A stretch of DNA of 64,000 bases from Methanomassiliicoccaceae archaeon (GCA_963728405.1 CAVSJV010000004.1:32001-96000); one strand, 5' to 3'. Positions 30,877 through 43,337 are shown, numbered from the stretch's first letter. Notes: generated by a model from the sequence alone, not told the origin. Numbers and translations are program-made.

Positions 30877-32140
30877 CCAGCCACCCCATGGCCTCACCGA
30901 CCATATATAGGGAACCAGTCACCAGGACCACCTCGTCCGGGCCAGCCAGGGAGAGGGCCTGCTCGATCGCCACCCCGACCCCTTGTACCTCCCTCACGGG
31001 GCAATACGCTCTGAGCGCCGCCGCCACGTTGGCCGAGGGGAATGCTCGTTTTGTGACCGGGGCGGTCGCTATCGCTGTCCTCGCGATGCTCCCGAAGCTC
31101 GCGGCGATGCCTTCGAGGTCCTTGTCGGTAAGTGCCCCTAGGACGAGAATGACCTTCTTTCCCAGAAGTCGGGCGACCTCCTCGGCCACGACCTTGGCAC
31201 CGTCCCGGGTGTGGGTCACGTCGAAAATCAAGGTCGGCTCCCGGGACACGATGTCCAATCTCCCGGGCCACCGGACCTTGGCCAGGCCGTTGTGTATCCC
31301 CTCATCGGAGATGTACACGCCCCGCTTCATGAGCTCGGTCAGCGCACCGCAGGAGAGGGCGCAGTTCTGCGCCTGGTACGAGCCCAGAAGAGGGACTTGG
31401 ACCGTGACATCGAGCTCGTCGATGTGGACCTCATTACCTTCCATGGTCGAGGAGACCGCCTCGTAACCGACGTCCCGACCTACCACCTTCAAGGAAGAAC
31501 CGTTCCCCATGGCGACCCTCCGGAATACCTGCAGGGCCTCGTCGCTCTGCTCAATGGTCACCGCTGGGACACCGCCCTTAATGATCCCGGCCTTCTCTGC
31601 GGCGATCGCCCCGATGGTATTGCCGAGGTAGGCGGTATGCTCCAGACCTATCCTGGTTATGACCGAGCAGTCCGGCACTATGACATTGGTAGCATCCAGC
31701 CTCCCCCCCATGCCGACCTCTATCACCGCTTCCTCAACACCTTCATCGGCGAAATGGGCGAATGCCAACGCGGTGGTCAGCTCGAAGAAGGTCAATCTCG
31801 TTTCTGGTCCCCGGGTCCGCTCGGCATATTCCCGAACCTCTTCGGCCAGGCGGAGCATCTTTTGTTCCGGGATGCAGGCACCGTCCACTTGGACCCGTTC
31901 CCGGAAATCGGCCAGGTGTGGAGAGGTGTACAGCCCGGTCACATAGCCGGCCTCCTTGAGCACCGAGGCGGTCATGGCACTGACCGAGCCTTTGCCGTTG
32001 GTGCCGGCGATGTGGACCGACCGATACTTGAGATGGGGATCCCCTAGATGATGCAGCAGCCCGGTGACATTGGCCAAGCCGAACTTGATCCCCAGGGCCT
32101 CCTGGTCGAACAGCCAGTCGATCGTTTCCCGGTAATCCAC
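30854..32140 (-). CDS. folC: Folylpolyglutamate synthase/dihydrofolate synthase family protein
   Basis: HIAGTNGKGS, YTSPHL, EVGMGGRLDATN, WPGR, TGSLY. Confidence 0.92.
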   Translation of the reverse strand: MDYRETIDWLFDQEALGIKFGLANVTGLLHHLGDPHLKYRSVHIAGTNGKGSVSAMTASVLKEAGYVTGLYTSPHLADFRERVQVDGACIPEQKMLRLAEEVREYAERTRGPETRLTFFELTTALAFAHFADEGVEEAVIEVGMGGRLDATNVIVPDCSVITRIGLEHTAYLGNTIGAIAAEKAGIIKGGVPAVTIEQSDEALQVFRRVAMGNGSSLKVVGRDVGYEAVSSTMEGNEVHIDELDVTVQVPLLGSYQAQNCALSCGALTELMKRGVYISDEGIHNGLAKVRWPGRLDIVSREPTLIFDVTHTRDGAKVVAEEVARLLGKKVILVLGALTDKDLEGIAASFGSIARTAIATAPVTKRAFPSANVAAALRAYCPVREVQGVGVAIEQALSLAGPDEVVLVTGSLYMVGEAMGWLDGKKTSE

Positions 32141-32162
32141 GGCCGTCCATGGCCATGGCCGC

Positions 32163-32945
32163 TTAAATCTCTTGCTCCTTCTGCATGGTCGCGACGTATT
32201 CCTTGAGCTCAACCTTCCGCTTCCTTGCCTGGGACTTCATGACCTTCATGAACCCCGAGCCATACTGGGCGGCCTTCTTCTCCCTCATCGCGATAAGCTC
32301 CATTCCCATGGCCATGGCCGCATCTCGCAGAGGGGCCTTCCTTACGCCGTCGCGGACCTTGTCGGCAGGGGGAATGGTCTCCGCGATCCTTCGTACCTCC
32401 TGATCCAAGAAGGGATGCTCGATAATTTTCCCATAGTGACCAGCGATGACCCGGTCCAAGGGCGCCCCGTCGGAGAGGACCTTGGCCACGTCGTCCCTCA
32501 TGCCCTGCTCCAGTTGGTCTCCGGACATCGCCAGGTAGCGGTTGTAACCGCCGAACATCTCGTCCGCCCCCTGGCCGCTCATGAGCACATCCTCCTTAAC
32601 CCGTGAGGCGATCATCTGTAGAGGAAGCTCGAACGACAGGACCACTGGGTGCTCGATCCGGACGATCCTCAGGGTCTCCCGGCATGCGGCCATCACATCG
32701 TCCGGGGTCATGAGCAGGGGGGTCCAGGGCAGATCAAGGGCCGCGGCCATCTCCTCGCTCATGCGCAGGTCGTGAGCGCCCTCCACCCCTACCGTGTACA
32801 ACTGGGGGGTCCCGTGTTTCATGGCCAGAGCGGCCAGCAATCCGCTGTCCAGTCCTCCTGAGAACATGATAGCGACCGGCCCGTGATCCATGACCTTTTC
32901 GACCGCTTCGTCCAAGGTGCGCAATAGCTCAGTGATGGTGCTCAT
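32163..32945 (-). CDS. Asparagine synthase-like PP-loop protein without glutaminase domain
   Basis: FSGGLDS, SGQGADEMFGGY, PFLD, KKAAQYGSG. Confidence 0.85.
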   Translation of the reverse strand: MSTITELLRTLDEAVEKVMDHGPVAIMFSGGLDSGLLAALAMKHGTPQLYTVGVEGAHDLRMSEEMAAALDLPWTPLLMTPDDVMAACRETLRIVRIEHPVVLSFELPLQMIASRVKEDVLMSGQGADEMFGGYNRYLAMSGDQLEQGMRDDVAKVLSDGAPLDRVIAGHYGKIIEHPFLDQEVRRIAETIPPADKVRDGVRKAPLRDAAMAMGMELIAMREKKAAQYGSGFMKVMKSQARKRKVELKEYVATMQKEQEI

Positions 32946-33025
32946 CTGCTGACCTCTCTCCTCAAGGCGGGGGGTGGAAATAAACATGAGCCTCCCCAAG
33001 AGGTTTTATTGCTCTATACCCTTCA

Positions 33026-33490
33026 ATGGTCGATAAGATGGACAATGTCACCCGCATAGGCATATCGCTCGAGCCCGACCTCCTAAAGGAGTTCGACGAC
33101 CTCGTTACCGGCCGGGGCTACACCAACCGGTCGGAGGCTATACGGGACCTAATCCGCATCGCCCTCACCGAGGACCGTTGGGAGGACAGCGAGGCAGATG
33201 TCGTAGGGACCATTACTTTGGTGTATGATCACGGAAAGGGATGTGTCCAGGACAGACTGATGGAGATACAGCACCATCACCATGCCAACATATCCTCGAC
33301 CATCCACATCCATCTAAGCTTAGAGCAGTGTCTGGAGGTGCTCATCGTTTGGGGCGTGGTCAAGGAGGTCAAGCACCTTGCCGACGAGATCATCAGCATC
33401 AACGGCGTTTCGTTCGGCAAACTGACCATGACCTCGGGCTCTATGGACCGTGTGGGCGAGCGAGGGGCAAAGCACCCGCACGAACACTAA
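33026..33490 (+). CDS. nikR: Nickel-responsive regulator NikR
   Basis: RHH N-terminus (RIGISL, NRSEAIRD), YDH, HIHL..C. Confidence 0.93.
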   Translation: MVDKMDNVTRIGISLEPDLLKEFDDLVTGRGYTNRSEAIRDLIRIALTEDRWEDSEADVVGTITLVYDHGKGCVQDRLMEIQHHHHANISSTIHIHLSLEQCLEVLIVWGVVKEVKHLADEIISINGVSFGKLTMTSGSMDRVGERGAKHPHEH

Positions 33491-33567
33491 GCCAGCTATT
33501 CCTTTTTCGACCCATTTCGACCCCCCAAGCCATATTTTTTATACTCCGTGTCCTTTGGTCGAGGAGC

Positions 33568-36025
33568 ATGAGCAGGCTCATCATCTCAGAGAAGAGCGAC
33601 GCCGCGGCAAGGATAGCTACAATACTGTCCAGGGGCGGCTCCAAGAGGACCAGCGTCAATAAGGTGCCGGTCTTCGAGTTCGAGGATGAGGGCGGACCTG
33701 TTCACGTGGTCGGGCTGAGGGGGCACATCATCGAACTTGACTATCCCCCGGCAATGAACGACTGGAGGGGGGTGAGCCTATCGGATCTTATCAAGGCCGA
33801 GCCAGAGAAGAGGATCACTGCTCATAACATCGTCTCCACTTTGAGAGACCTTTCCAAGGATGTCAACGAGATCATCATCGCCACCGACTTTGACCGTGAA
33901 GGAGAGCTGATCGGCCTGGAGACGGCCCGCCTACTCGACCTTAACGATAAGAAGGTCGGACGGGCCAGGTTCAGCGCGTTCACCCGCCAGGAGATCGATA
34001 CTGCCTTCGGCCAGCTCACCAAGCCGGACGAGGGATTGGCCGATTCGGCGGAATGCCGCCAAAAGATCGATCTGGCCTGGGGTGCGGTGCTCACACGTTT
34101 CATCTCATTGGCCTCGAACCAGGGCGGAAGTAACTTCCTGTCCGTAGGCCGGGTACAGAGTCCCACCCTGGCGCTGGTGGTCGCGAGGCACGAGGCCATC
34201 GAGGAGTTCGTTCCAACGCCCTACTGGAACGTCACCGCCCGCTTCGAGAAGGGCTTAGAGTTCCAGGGTAACCATTCAAAGAACCCCTTCCGGGAAGAGA
34301 CCGAGGCGGCCAAGGCTCTGGCCAACTGCGAGGGATCGGACAAGGGAAGGGTCACCAAGTACGAGCGTACTGAGAAGGATGAGTATCCCCTCCCGCCGTT
34401 CAACACCACCATGATGCTCATGGAGGCCAACAAGCTAGGATTCACCGCGGCCCGAGCGATGAAGATCGCCGAGGACCTTTACACCGCCGGTTACATCTCA
34501 TATCCAAGGACGGACAATACCGTCTATCCGCCCTCCCTGGGGCTGCGGCGCATTCTGGAGAAGCTGCTGGAGTCGGAGGACCTCAAGAAGGACGCCGAAG
34601 AGCTCCTGACCCAGGAGCACATCCGGCCGTCCAGGGGCAAGGTCCAGGCCACTGATCACCCCCCCATCTATCCGACCGAGGCCGCTAACAGTAAGCAGTT
34701 CAAGGGGGAGAAGTGGGCCATCTATGAGCTTGTGGCCCGCCGCTTCATGGCCACTGTGGCCCCTCCGGCCAAGGCCGCGTTATCTAATTCCACCATCGAT
34801 GTCAACGGGGAGGAGTTCGATGCCAGAGGCTACAAGCTCCTCTACCCCGGCTGGAAGAAGTACTATCCTTACTTCCGGGTCAATGAGATCGAGCTGCCCG
34901 AATTGAAGGTGGGCGAGGACAGTCCGCATGCTAGGCGCCGGCTCGGACAAGAAAATGACCCAGCCACCGGGACGCTACTCTCAGGGCAGCTTGATCCAGG
35001 AGATGGAGCGTCTTGCACTAGGGACGAAATCCACCCGGCACGACATCATCCAGAAGCTCTACGACCGCAAGTATGTAGAAGGGAACGATCTCATCCCCAC
35101 GGCCAGCGGTGTTGCCGTGGCCGAGGCGCTGATCAAGCATGCCCAGATCGTCACCGATCCCAAGATGACCGCCCACCTCGAGCAGGACATGGATGATATA
35201 GCCAACGGGAAGAACACCCTGAGCGACGTGGTCGAAGAATCACAGGACATGCTCTCCGATATCCTGGAAACGATGGAGAAGCATCGCAGCCAGATCGGTG
35301 AAGAGATCAGGAAGGCCATCGAATCACAACACTATATCGGAAAGTGCCCTGACTGTGGCTCCGATCTTAAGGTCATCAGGTCCAAGATGGGGAGGCCATT
35401 CGTTGGCTGCTCCAAGTATCCCGATTGCAAGCGCGTCTACCAATACCCGCCCTCGGCGCTGGTCCAGTCTACCGAAGAGATCTGCGAGATGTGCAAGGCG
35501 CCCATGGTGAGGGTGGTCAGGAAGGGGCAAGCGCCCCTGGTGCATTGCCTGGACCCGGGCTGCGAGAGCAACCGGGAACGGATGACCGCTGGCTCCTGCC
35601 CCCACTGCGGGAAGGACCTGCGGATCATCTACTCACGCGCTGGCAAGAGATTCCTGGGCTGCTCCGGGTACCCCGATTGCAAGCAGACCTATCCCCTTCC
35701 CCAGTACGGCAAGTTCGCGCCCACCGGCGATAAGTGTGAGGGATGTGGCGCCCCGGTGTTACAGATCTGGATGAGGGGGCAGACCTGGAAATCCTGCGCC
35801 AACATGGACTGCCCGACCAAGAAGAAGGAAGGGGAGAAGAAGTCCGCTCCCAAGAAGGCGGCGAAGAAAGCTCCGGCCAGGAAGGCAGCCCCGAAGAAGA
35901 CCGGGGCCGAGGAAGAGCCGGCCAAGGCCAAGAAGGCCCCGGCCAAGAAAGTGGCCGTGAAGAAACCCGCGGTCAAGAAGAAAGTGGTTGCAAAGAAGGC
36001 TGCGCCACCCATGGCGGTCGAATAG
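33568..36025 (+). CDS. topA: DNA topoisomerase I (type IA) with zinc ribbons and Lys/Ala-rich tail (frameshift near 34925)
   Basis: IISEK, ATDFDREGE, GRVQSP, ISYPRTD, LGTKSTR; C4 zinc ribbons; KKAPAKK-type repeats. Confidence 0.95.
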
Positions 36026-36147
36026 AGCAATGACTGCCATGCAGCCGCCTTCCATCTCTCATTTTAGAACTGAGACAAGGAACTAGGATGCCCCTTTGCC
36101 CGGCCGGTGGGCCCGTCGAGATAAGCTAAGGATCAAGTAAATCGGTC

Positions 36148-36601
36148 TCACCGGCGATCGTGGTCGTCATGATCATGCTCACATTCGTGGTCATGCTCAT
36201 GATCATGGGCCTTTTCCAGATCCTCCACAGTCACATCCGCACCGGCGAACGCCATCTCCCTCAGGGCCAAAGGGTCCACGAGGTCCTGGATCTTCTTGCG
36301 ACTCAGGCCGTAGAGCAGCACAGTTGACGATGACATCCATCTCCTTGATGCCCTCATCCAGCTGGCCCTTGGACATCGGTATGCCGTCATGATTGGTCAC
36401 GCTAACGGCCAGAAATCCATGCCCCGAGGTCTCCACGATGCACTTGATATGGCCGATGAGGTCAGCGCCGGCCTTGAGGCAGCCCATGGTGATCTTGGTC
36501 ATGAGCCCCTCGACCTGGGTCTGGATCTCCGCTGAGGGGACCGGCCTCTCGAAATGCACATCGATCTTCACGGCATAGGCGGCGAAATCGGAAGTGATCA
36601 T
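36148..36601 (-). CDS. Small partner of the CobW-type GTPase, His/Asp/Glu-rich tail (frameshift near 36322)
   Basis: LIGHIK motif; after the frameshift ends EKAHDHEHDHECEHDHDDHDRR; start overlaps the GTPase stop. Confidence 0.65.
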
Positions 36602-37198
36602 TGCATCACCATCGCTTCGACCACCTTATCGACAGTTCGTTCCCTCGGTGGCGGAGATGGGGATGATCGGCTTGGACGAGTTGATCTCCCGGAGCGCTCG
36701 CTCGATCCCTTTCAAGGCAGCCTCGTCCACGGTGTCCATCTTATTTATGAGGATGAGGTCGGCGGACTTGACCTGGGCGGCCAGGGGCCGCCCCAGTGCT
36801 TTCAAGATCACCTGGAAGCGAGCAGCGTCGACGACGACCGCCGAGCGTATCGAAGAGAGCTTCTTTCCCGAGTAATGCTCCATGCAAAGCACGATGGCCT
36901 CGGGGTCGGCGACACCGGTCGGTTCGATGACGATAAGGTCGGGGGCGATATTGTTCTCGATATCCACCACAGTCTGCAAGAGGTCCGGCCCCAGGGTGCA
37001 ACAGATACATCCACTGGCCATTTCCTTTACTTGTAGGCCGTACTTGGTCATCACCTTTCCATCGATGCCCACCGTGCCGAAATCGTTGACGATGACCACG
37101 ACCTTTTTTCCGGTCCGCTCAATGATCTTGCTGATGATCGATAGGACCAGAGTGGTCTTACCCGAGCCTAGGAATCCCGCTACGATGAACATGTCCAT
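36598..37198 (-). CDS. CobW/COG0523-family G3E GTPase (frameshift near 36632)
   Basis: GFLGSGKTT, GCICC, EPTG, NKMD; no fused C-terminal domain. Confidence 0.88.
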
Positions 37199-37350
37199 GA
37201 ACCAACGCCTCGCTTCCCTTCCGATTCAAAATTAGATATATAAAATCAACCGCGGACTTGTGCGAGAATGTAGTTCAGATGATCCGTTCCGACCCTTCTA
37301 TCTCGGGGCCGCCCCATTTGGTCCACCGGAAAATCGATCATTGATGACGA

Positions 37351-37635
37351 TCAGCATTTGAACAGTTCTTCATCGTCCTGACCCAGGAAATGCTTCTCCA
37401 GCATTTCGCGCTCTTTCGCGATCCTGCGGTTGCGGCAGTGCACGCATTCCACCCGCTTCCCCAATCCCTGCTTACGCCTGACCACTTCCGTGTCCAGGTC
37501 GGCAAGAGCGCCACAGCCACATAGGGCCTTGTTCATCGAATATGGACCAAACATGAGTGCTACCCCAGCAATGCTTGATCCCATCGGATTCAACGCGGCA
37601 ACCCCCATCCCCGTTCTCGCGAACGTGCCGGTCAC
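37351..37635 (-). CDS. Small Cys-rich hypothetical protein
   Basis: CGCG and CVHC motifs; start uncertain. Confidence 0.5.
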   Translation of the reverse strand: MTGTFARTGMGVAALNPMGSSIAGVALMFGPYSMNKALCGCGALADLDTEVVRRKQGLGKRVECVHCRNRRIAKEREMLEKHFLGQDDEELFKC

Positions 37636-37952
37636 TTGATGATCCTATGAGAGGTTCATAGCATACGCTAATGGTTTAAGTGCTGATTTCCTCCGATTCC
37701 TATGTCTAGCCTGTTACGAGAGCTGAGGGTTTCCCCATGGTTGAGCTTTTATTTTAACAGGCCCGATACTCATGAACAACCCACCAATCTTAAACATTTC
37801 CTTAACATGTTATAATCGTAGATTTTAGGAAATAAAAACTCTGGCCTAGTGAATTTGTGAGCAATGTTTTCCATTTATTAAAGACACATACTGAGCCAGT
37901 AACGAATGAGAATTAGAGGAGAATGCACGTACGAAAAGTACGGTAAGCTTCT

Positions 37953-38417
37953 TCAATTGCTCTGCGAGTCGTTCGGAACGTTCGGCAGAGGTTTTACAGG
38001 GTAGACCTCCACATCCACGTCGATGCCCTTTCGCACGCTCTGTGTTACGATGCAGAAGTCCTCGAAGATCTCCCGGCACCGTTGAAATTTTATTTCATCG
38101 CCTATCCGGGGGAATATCTTGACCGACATGTGGGTGATCCGCAGGCGCCCTTTCTCATTTCGCCCCATGGTGGTCGTGACCTCGGCACAGATGCTTGGTA
38201 TCTCGGCCCTGGATTTCTCCATGCAGAACACCATTGAGGCACATAGGCAGTTCCCCACAGCAGCGGCCAACAGCTTTCCGGCGTTAGGATATTCCCCCTT
38301 GCCCAGCGGCTCCGGCTCGTCGGTGAAGATGTTCTCGATCTTGTCGGAATTGAAAGAAACCATGAACTTGTAGTGCTCCACTCGGCACATCTTGGTCAGG
38401 AACTCAGCCTCTTCCAT
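37953..38417 (-). CDS. OsmC/Ohr-family protein
   Basis: DEPEPLG, LLAAAVGNCL, FEDFCIVTQS. Confidence 0.85.
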   Translation of the reverse strand: MEEAEFLTKMCRVEHYKFMVSFNSDKIENIFTDEPEPLGKGEYPNAGKLLAAAVGNCLCASMVFCMEKSRAEIPSICAEVTTTMGRNEKGRLRITHMSVKIFPRIGDEIKFQRCREIFEDFCIVTQSVRKGIDVDVEVYPVKPLPNVPNDSQSN

Positions 38418-39623
38418 CTAGGCCAGCTCCAGCCTCTCCAGCTGTTTCAGCACTTCGGCCCTCAGGGCCTCGGCCTTCTTGTCTCGTATCATCCGCTTAC
38501 CATTCTCCATCAGCTTAGTCATGGCTGGGACCATCCCCTTGCCGCAGTGAGCGCAGCTTGGGACATTACCCTCGGAAGTGGAGACCTCAAAGTTGAAGCA
38601 GTCGGAGCATCGGAACAGGAACTTTCGTCCACCGAACTTGCCCCTCTTGGCGACCGGAGCGCCGTCCTTCTCTACGATATCCAAAGCGAAGTCCACGGTA
38701 GGGGCGTTCGATATGCTCGTGCCGACGCCAAATCCATCCGCTCCGGCCTTGGCAAGGTCAGGTATGGTCTTGTCGTCCAAGCCGCCGGATACGAAGATCT
38801 TCACGTGCTGGCATCCACGAAGGTCCAACTCCCAGCGAACCTCCCTGATGAGCTCGGTGAACGAGCCGCGCCGCGAACCGGGCGTGTCGAGTCGTACCCC
38901 CGCCAGGCCCTTCACGGCCTGGCAGGCGGCAATAGCTTCGGTCTTCTCGTCGGAATATGTATCGACCAGCACTATGCGGGGCACTGAGGCGTCAACTACC
39001 TCATCGAATGCCTTAAACGCCTTCACCGAGTCGCCCATCATGATAATCAGCGCATGAGGCATGGTGCCTTCCGGCTTCTTCTCGATGGTCTCCGCTCCCA
39101 GCAGAGAGGAAACGGCGTCGCAGCCCCCGATGTAGGAGGAGCGGTCGAGCATAGGGCTGATGGCCGGATGCGTCCTCCGTATCCCAAAGGCGATCATGGA
39201 ACGGTCTCCGCCGGCCTTGCGGCAGCGAGCGGCCATGGTCGCCACGCCGGTCGAATGGCAGATGAACCCCAGCAGGGGAGTCTCGTAAACGCAGTATTCG
39301 GCGTAGGGGCCTTCGATAGTCAGCACCGGCAGCTTGATCCCGCTCTGGGTGCGCGATGGGAACACCGATCCCTCGGTCAGACCCCAGATATCGACATTCT
39401 TACCTTCCATCAGGCGGAGCGCTTCTTCCAGCCCACACAACACGCCCCACGGCCAGTCCCGAGGCAGCTTGGCCACGGTCATTTCAGCTAAGGCATTCTG
39501 TTCTAGCATTCCCTTGGCCTTAAGGACCTCCATCGTACGTGTGAAGTAGATGTCGGTTGTTCGGCCCTGCATGATCTCCTCATCGGAGGCGGTGAAGAAA
39601 CGTCTTCCCCCTGGTGCACCCAT
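38418..39623 (-). CDS. pncB: Nicotinate phosphoribosyltransferase
   Basis: TTDIYF, FGIRR, GTMPH, LVDTY, VRLDT, SGG, GVGT; C-terminal zinc ribbon. Confidence 0.92.
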   Translation of the reverse strand: MGAPGGRRFFTASDEEIMQGRTTDIYFTRTMEVLKAKGMLEQNALAEMTVAKLPRDWPWGVLCGLEEALRLMEGKNVDIWGLTEGSVFPSRTQSGIKLPVLTIEGPYAEYCVYETPLLGFICHSTGVATMAARCRKAGGDRSMIAFGIRRTHPAISPMLDRSSYIGGCDAVSSLLGAETIEKKPEGTMPHALIIMMGDSVKAFKAFDEVVDASVPRIVLVDTYSDEKTEAIAACQAVKGLAGVRLDTPGSRRGSFTELIREVRWELDLRGCQHVKIFVSGGLDDKTIPDLAKAGADGFGVGTSISNAPTVDFALDIVEKDGAPVAKRGKFGGRKFLFRCSDCFNFEVSTSEGNVPSCAHCGKGMVPAMTKLMENGKRMIRDKKAEALRAEVLKQLERLELA

Positions 39624-39695
39624 GTTCCTTTCTCCTCTGGATGCCAGGAATGGCTCGTAGGAGTATAATATTTGGTGTTAGAAAAAAGAAGGGGT

Positions 39696-40975
<1,280 letters not shown>

Positions 40976-41039
40976 ATCTAGGACCTCAAGTATGGATGAT
41001 AAAGGATAATACGAAAACCTACTTAACTTCCACTAGGCC

Positions 41040-42011
41040 TCAGCGGGTGATCTTCACGGCCGGCTGGGCCTCTCCCTCTATGATCTCCATGTTCCTTTCC
41101 AAGAGAGCCATCTCCCGAACATCCAGGGCCCGGGGGTCGACCGAGATGATGACCCTGGACTTGTATTCCATCACTACCTCGGTGATGCGATGGATCATCT
41201 TGAGGACCTTGTCGAAACCGTTGTTGACGATAAGGAACTCTATGCCGTCGATCATCACCACGCTGTCGTCGGACTTCTCGATGAAGCGGATGATGGTGTC
41301 CCCTAGGATGCCAATATTGGATGGGTTCACGTAGACCTTACCCAACTGATTGCTGAGCCAGATGATCGGCGTCTCTTCCAGGCCCCATTCCTGGCGGACC
41401 ACTGCGGGGTACTGCCTAGTGATGCACAGCCCCTGGATGCTGTGAGTGACCTGATCAGTGAATATCTCGAAGGATTTCACCGCCTTCTGCTCCTTGACGA
41501 CGTAGCTGAGCCCGCGGCGCAGCTCATATTTCTTTGCGGACTTCTTGGCCTTTTCCATTCCTTCCGGTGCGATGCCCTTCTTTTTACTCAGAAAGGAGAA
41601 TAGCCCCGCCTCCTCCTTGGGGTGCGGCTCGGGGACAGATACGGGCCTATCTTCGAGCATCCCCCTAAGCCGGTCGGACAGCTCTTTGTTGTTGAACGGC
41701 TTTCGGATGTAACCAGAAACGACATCTTGCAGGCCAAAGATGTCCGTGCCCACATCGGTCGTGGCGGTCAGCATCATGACCTTGGTCCCCGTGGTGATGC
41801 CGTCCTCCTTCAGCTTGCGAAGGACGGTCCAGCCATCCATGTCCGGCATGTTGATATCGAGAAGTATTAGGTCGGGACGCTCGGCGCCGGCCTTCTCCAA
41901 TGCCTCCTTACCGCCTGAAGCAGTAAGGGGAGAGAACCCTGCCCCGGAGACCAGTTCGGAGACGATGTCCTGTATCGCCGGATTATCATCAACGATCAGA
42001 ACTTTCTTCAA
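41040..42011 (-). CDS. Response regulator with C-terminal DUF835 (inactive RecA/KaiC-like) domain
   Basis: Receiver VDD/LDINMP/KPF plus GLCITR, IWLS, IDGIEFLIVNNGF. Confidence 0.85.
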   Translation of the reverse strand: MKKVLIVDDNPAIQDIVSELVSGAGFSPLTASGGKEALEKAGAERPDLILLDINMPDMDGWTVLRKLKEDGITTGTKVMMLTATTDVGTDIFGLQDVVSGYIRKPFNNKELSDRLRGMLEDRPVSVPEPHPKEEAGLFSFLSKKKGIAPEGMEKAKKSAKKYELRRGLSYVVKEQKAVKSFEIFTDQVTHSIQGLCITRQYPAVVRQEWGLEETPIIWLSNQLGKVYVNPSNIGILGDTIIRFIEKSDDSVVMIDGIEFLIVNNGFDKVLKMIHRITEVVMEYKSRVIISVDPRALDVREMALLERNMEIIEGEAQPAVKITR

Positions 42012-42155
42012 CTGAACATCTCCTGGACCATCCCGTTTTACTATCGAAGCGTAAAACTATGTTAAAAATCTATCCCTTTCATTATTATTACGAAAGGCGA
42101 AATGGTAGGCGGTCAGGAGGCGTGGACCTCCTGGAAGAATAAAGGTTTCGAAGGC

Positions 42156-42305
42156 TTAGGCCTTCCTGCTTTCCTTGGCCTTCTGGCGGAGACCTTCGTA
42201 ACCGCATTTGCGGCAGCGGGTGGCCCTCGGGGCATTCCTCGCGTCGCACTTCATGCAGATCTTCTTATTAAGAAGCCTTTCATCAGCTTCCTTGAAACGT
42301 GCCAT
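42156..42305 (-). CDS. rpl40e: 50S ribosomal protein L40e
   Basis: MARFKEA...[11 protein letters not shown]...CRKCG. Confidence 0.95.
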   Translation of the reverse strand: MARFKEADERLLNKKICMKCDARNAPRATRCRKCGYEGLRQKAKESRKA

Positions 42306-42365
42306 CTGAATCCTCTTCCGTGATGAATATGAAAGTCCTATAAATAAATTGGCTAGACCCACGCC

Positions 42366-43337
42366 TCAATCGGCACTGTCGCCACGATGCTCTCCTACGA
42401 GAACCATGTAGGCCAGGAGGGATTCGAGCTGTATCCGCTCGTTCGAACCTTCTACGATTCGGAATTCGATCTCTCCGGTTCGGTCCATTAGTCTGACCTT
42501 CTCGTAGTCCGGAATGTCCAGCTCGAATACAGTCTTGTGAATCTGCTTGATTATGTCCTCGCCCGACAGCCCATAGGTGATCATGATCTCGTCGAGGCGG
42601 TTCCGGGCAGCGATGAAATCGCCGGAGATGGCCAACTGCAGCAGCTCCTTGACCTCTTCCGGGCGAGCTGTTCCAGTCGTATGATAGACCAGGTCCACGG
42701 TAATCTTCTCGCCCAGAGAGGCGGCGACCTGTAACGAGTTAACGGCCTTGCGCATGTCGCCCTGCGATACGTGCACGAGGGCCTCCAGGGCATCGTCTGC
42801 TATGGTAAGGTTTTCCACAGATGCTATGTGCTTCAGGTAGTTGCGGACGTCCTCCGCGCGTAGCGGACGGAACCGGAAGACCGCGCAACGGGACTGGATG
42901 GGGTCGATGATCTTGGACGAATAGTTGCAGGAGAGGATGAACCGGCAGGTCTTGCTGTATTTTTCCATCGTTCGCCTCAGGGCCGCCTGAGCGTCACCGG
43001 TGAGAGCATCAGCCTCGTCCAGGAAGATGATCTTGAAGTCGGCGCCGCCGATGGGGCCGGTCCGAGCGAAATCCTTGATCTTTCCCCTGACGACATCGAT
43101 CCCTCTCTCGTCTGATGCATTCAGCTCATTGAAGTTGCCCTTCCAGTTTTCACCGTACAACTCCCGGGCGAGGGCGATGGCGGACGTGGTCTTGCCGGTA
43201 CCGGCGGGACCGGCGAGCATGAGGTGGGGGAGGTTTCTGGCCTGGACGTACGATTCCAGTCGGTCCACGATGTCCTTCTGACCAACGACGTCCTTGAGCG
43301 CCTTAGGCCGATACTTCTCGATCCATATCTCATTCAT
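42366..43337 (-). CDS. rfcS: Replication factor C small subunit
   Basis: WIEKYRP, GPAGTGKT, LNASDERG, DEAD, SRC; no intein. Confidence 0.96.
   Translation of the reverse strand: MNEIWIEKYRPKALKDVVGQKDIVDRLESYVQARNLPHLMLAGPAGTGKTTSAIALARELYGENWKGNFNELNASDERGIDVVRGKIKDFARTGPIGGADFKIIFLDEADALTGDAQAALRRTMEKYSKTCRFILSCNYSSKIIDPIQSRCAVFRFRPLRAEDVRNYLKHIASVENLTIADDALEALVHVSQGDMRKAVNSLQVAASLGEKITVDLVYHTTGTARPEEVKELLQLAISGDFIAARNRLDEIMITYGLSGEDIIKQIHKTVFELDIPDYEKVRLMDRTGEIEFRIVEGSNERIQLESLLAYMVLVGEHRGDSAD

Noticed and set aside
42114-42133. CAGGAGG/CCTCCTG hairpin downstream of rpl40e
   Set aside because: A single 7-bp stem; could be an ordinary 3' end structure or chance.
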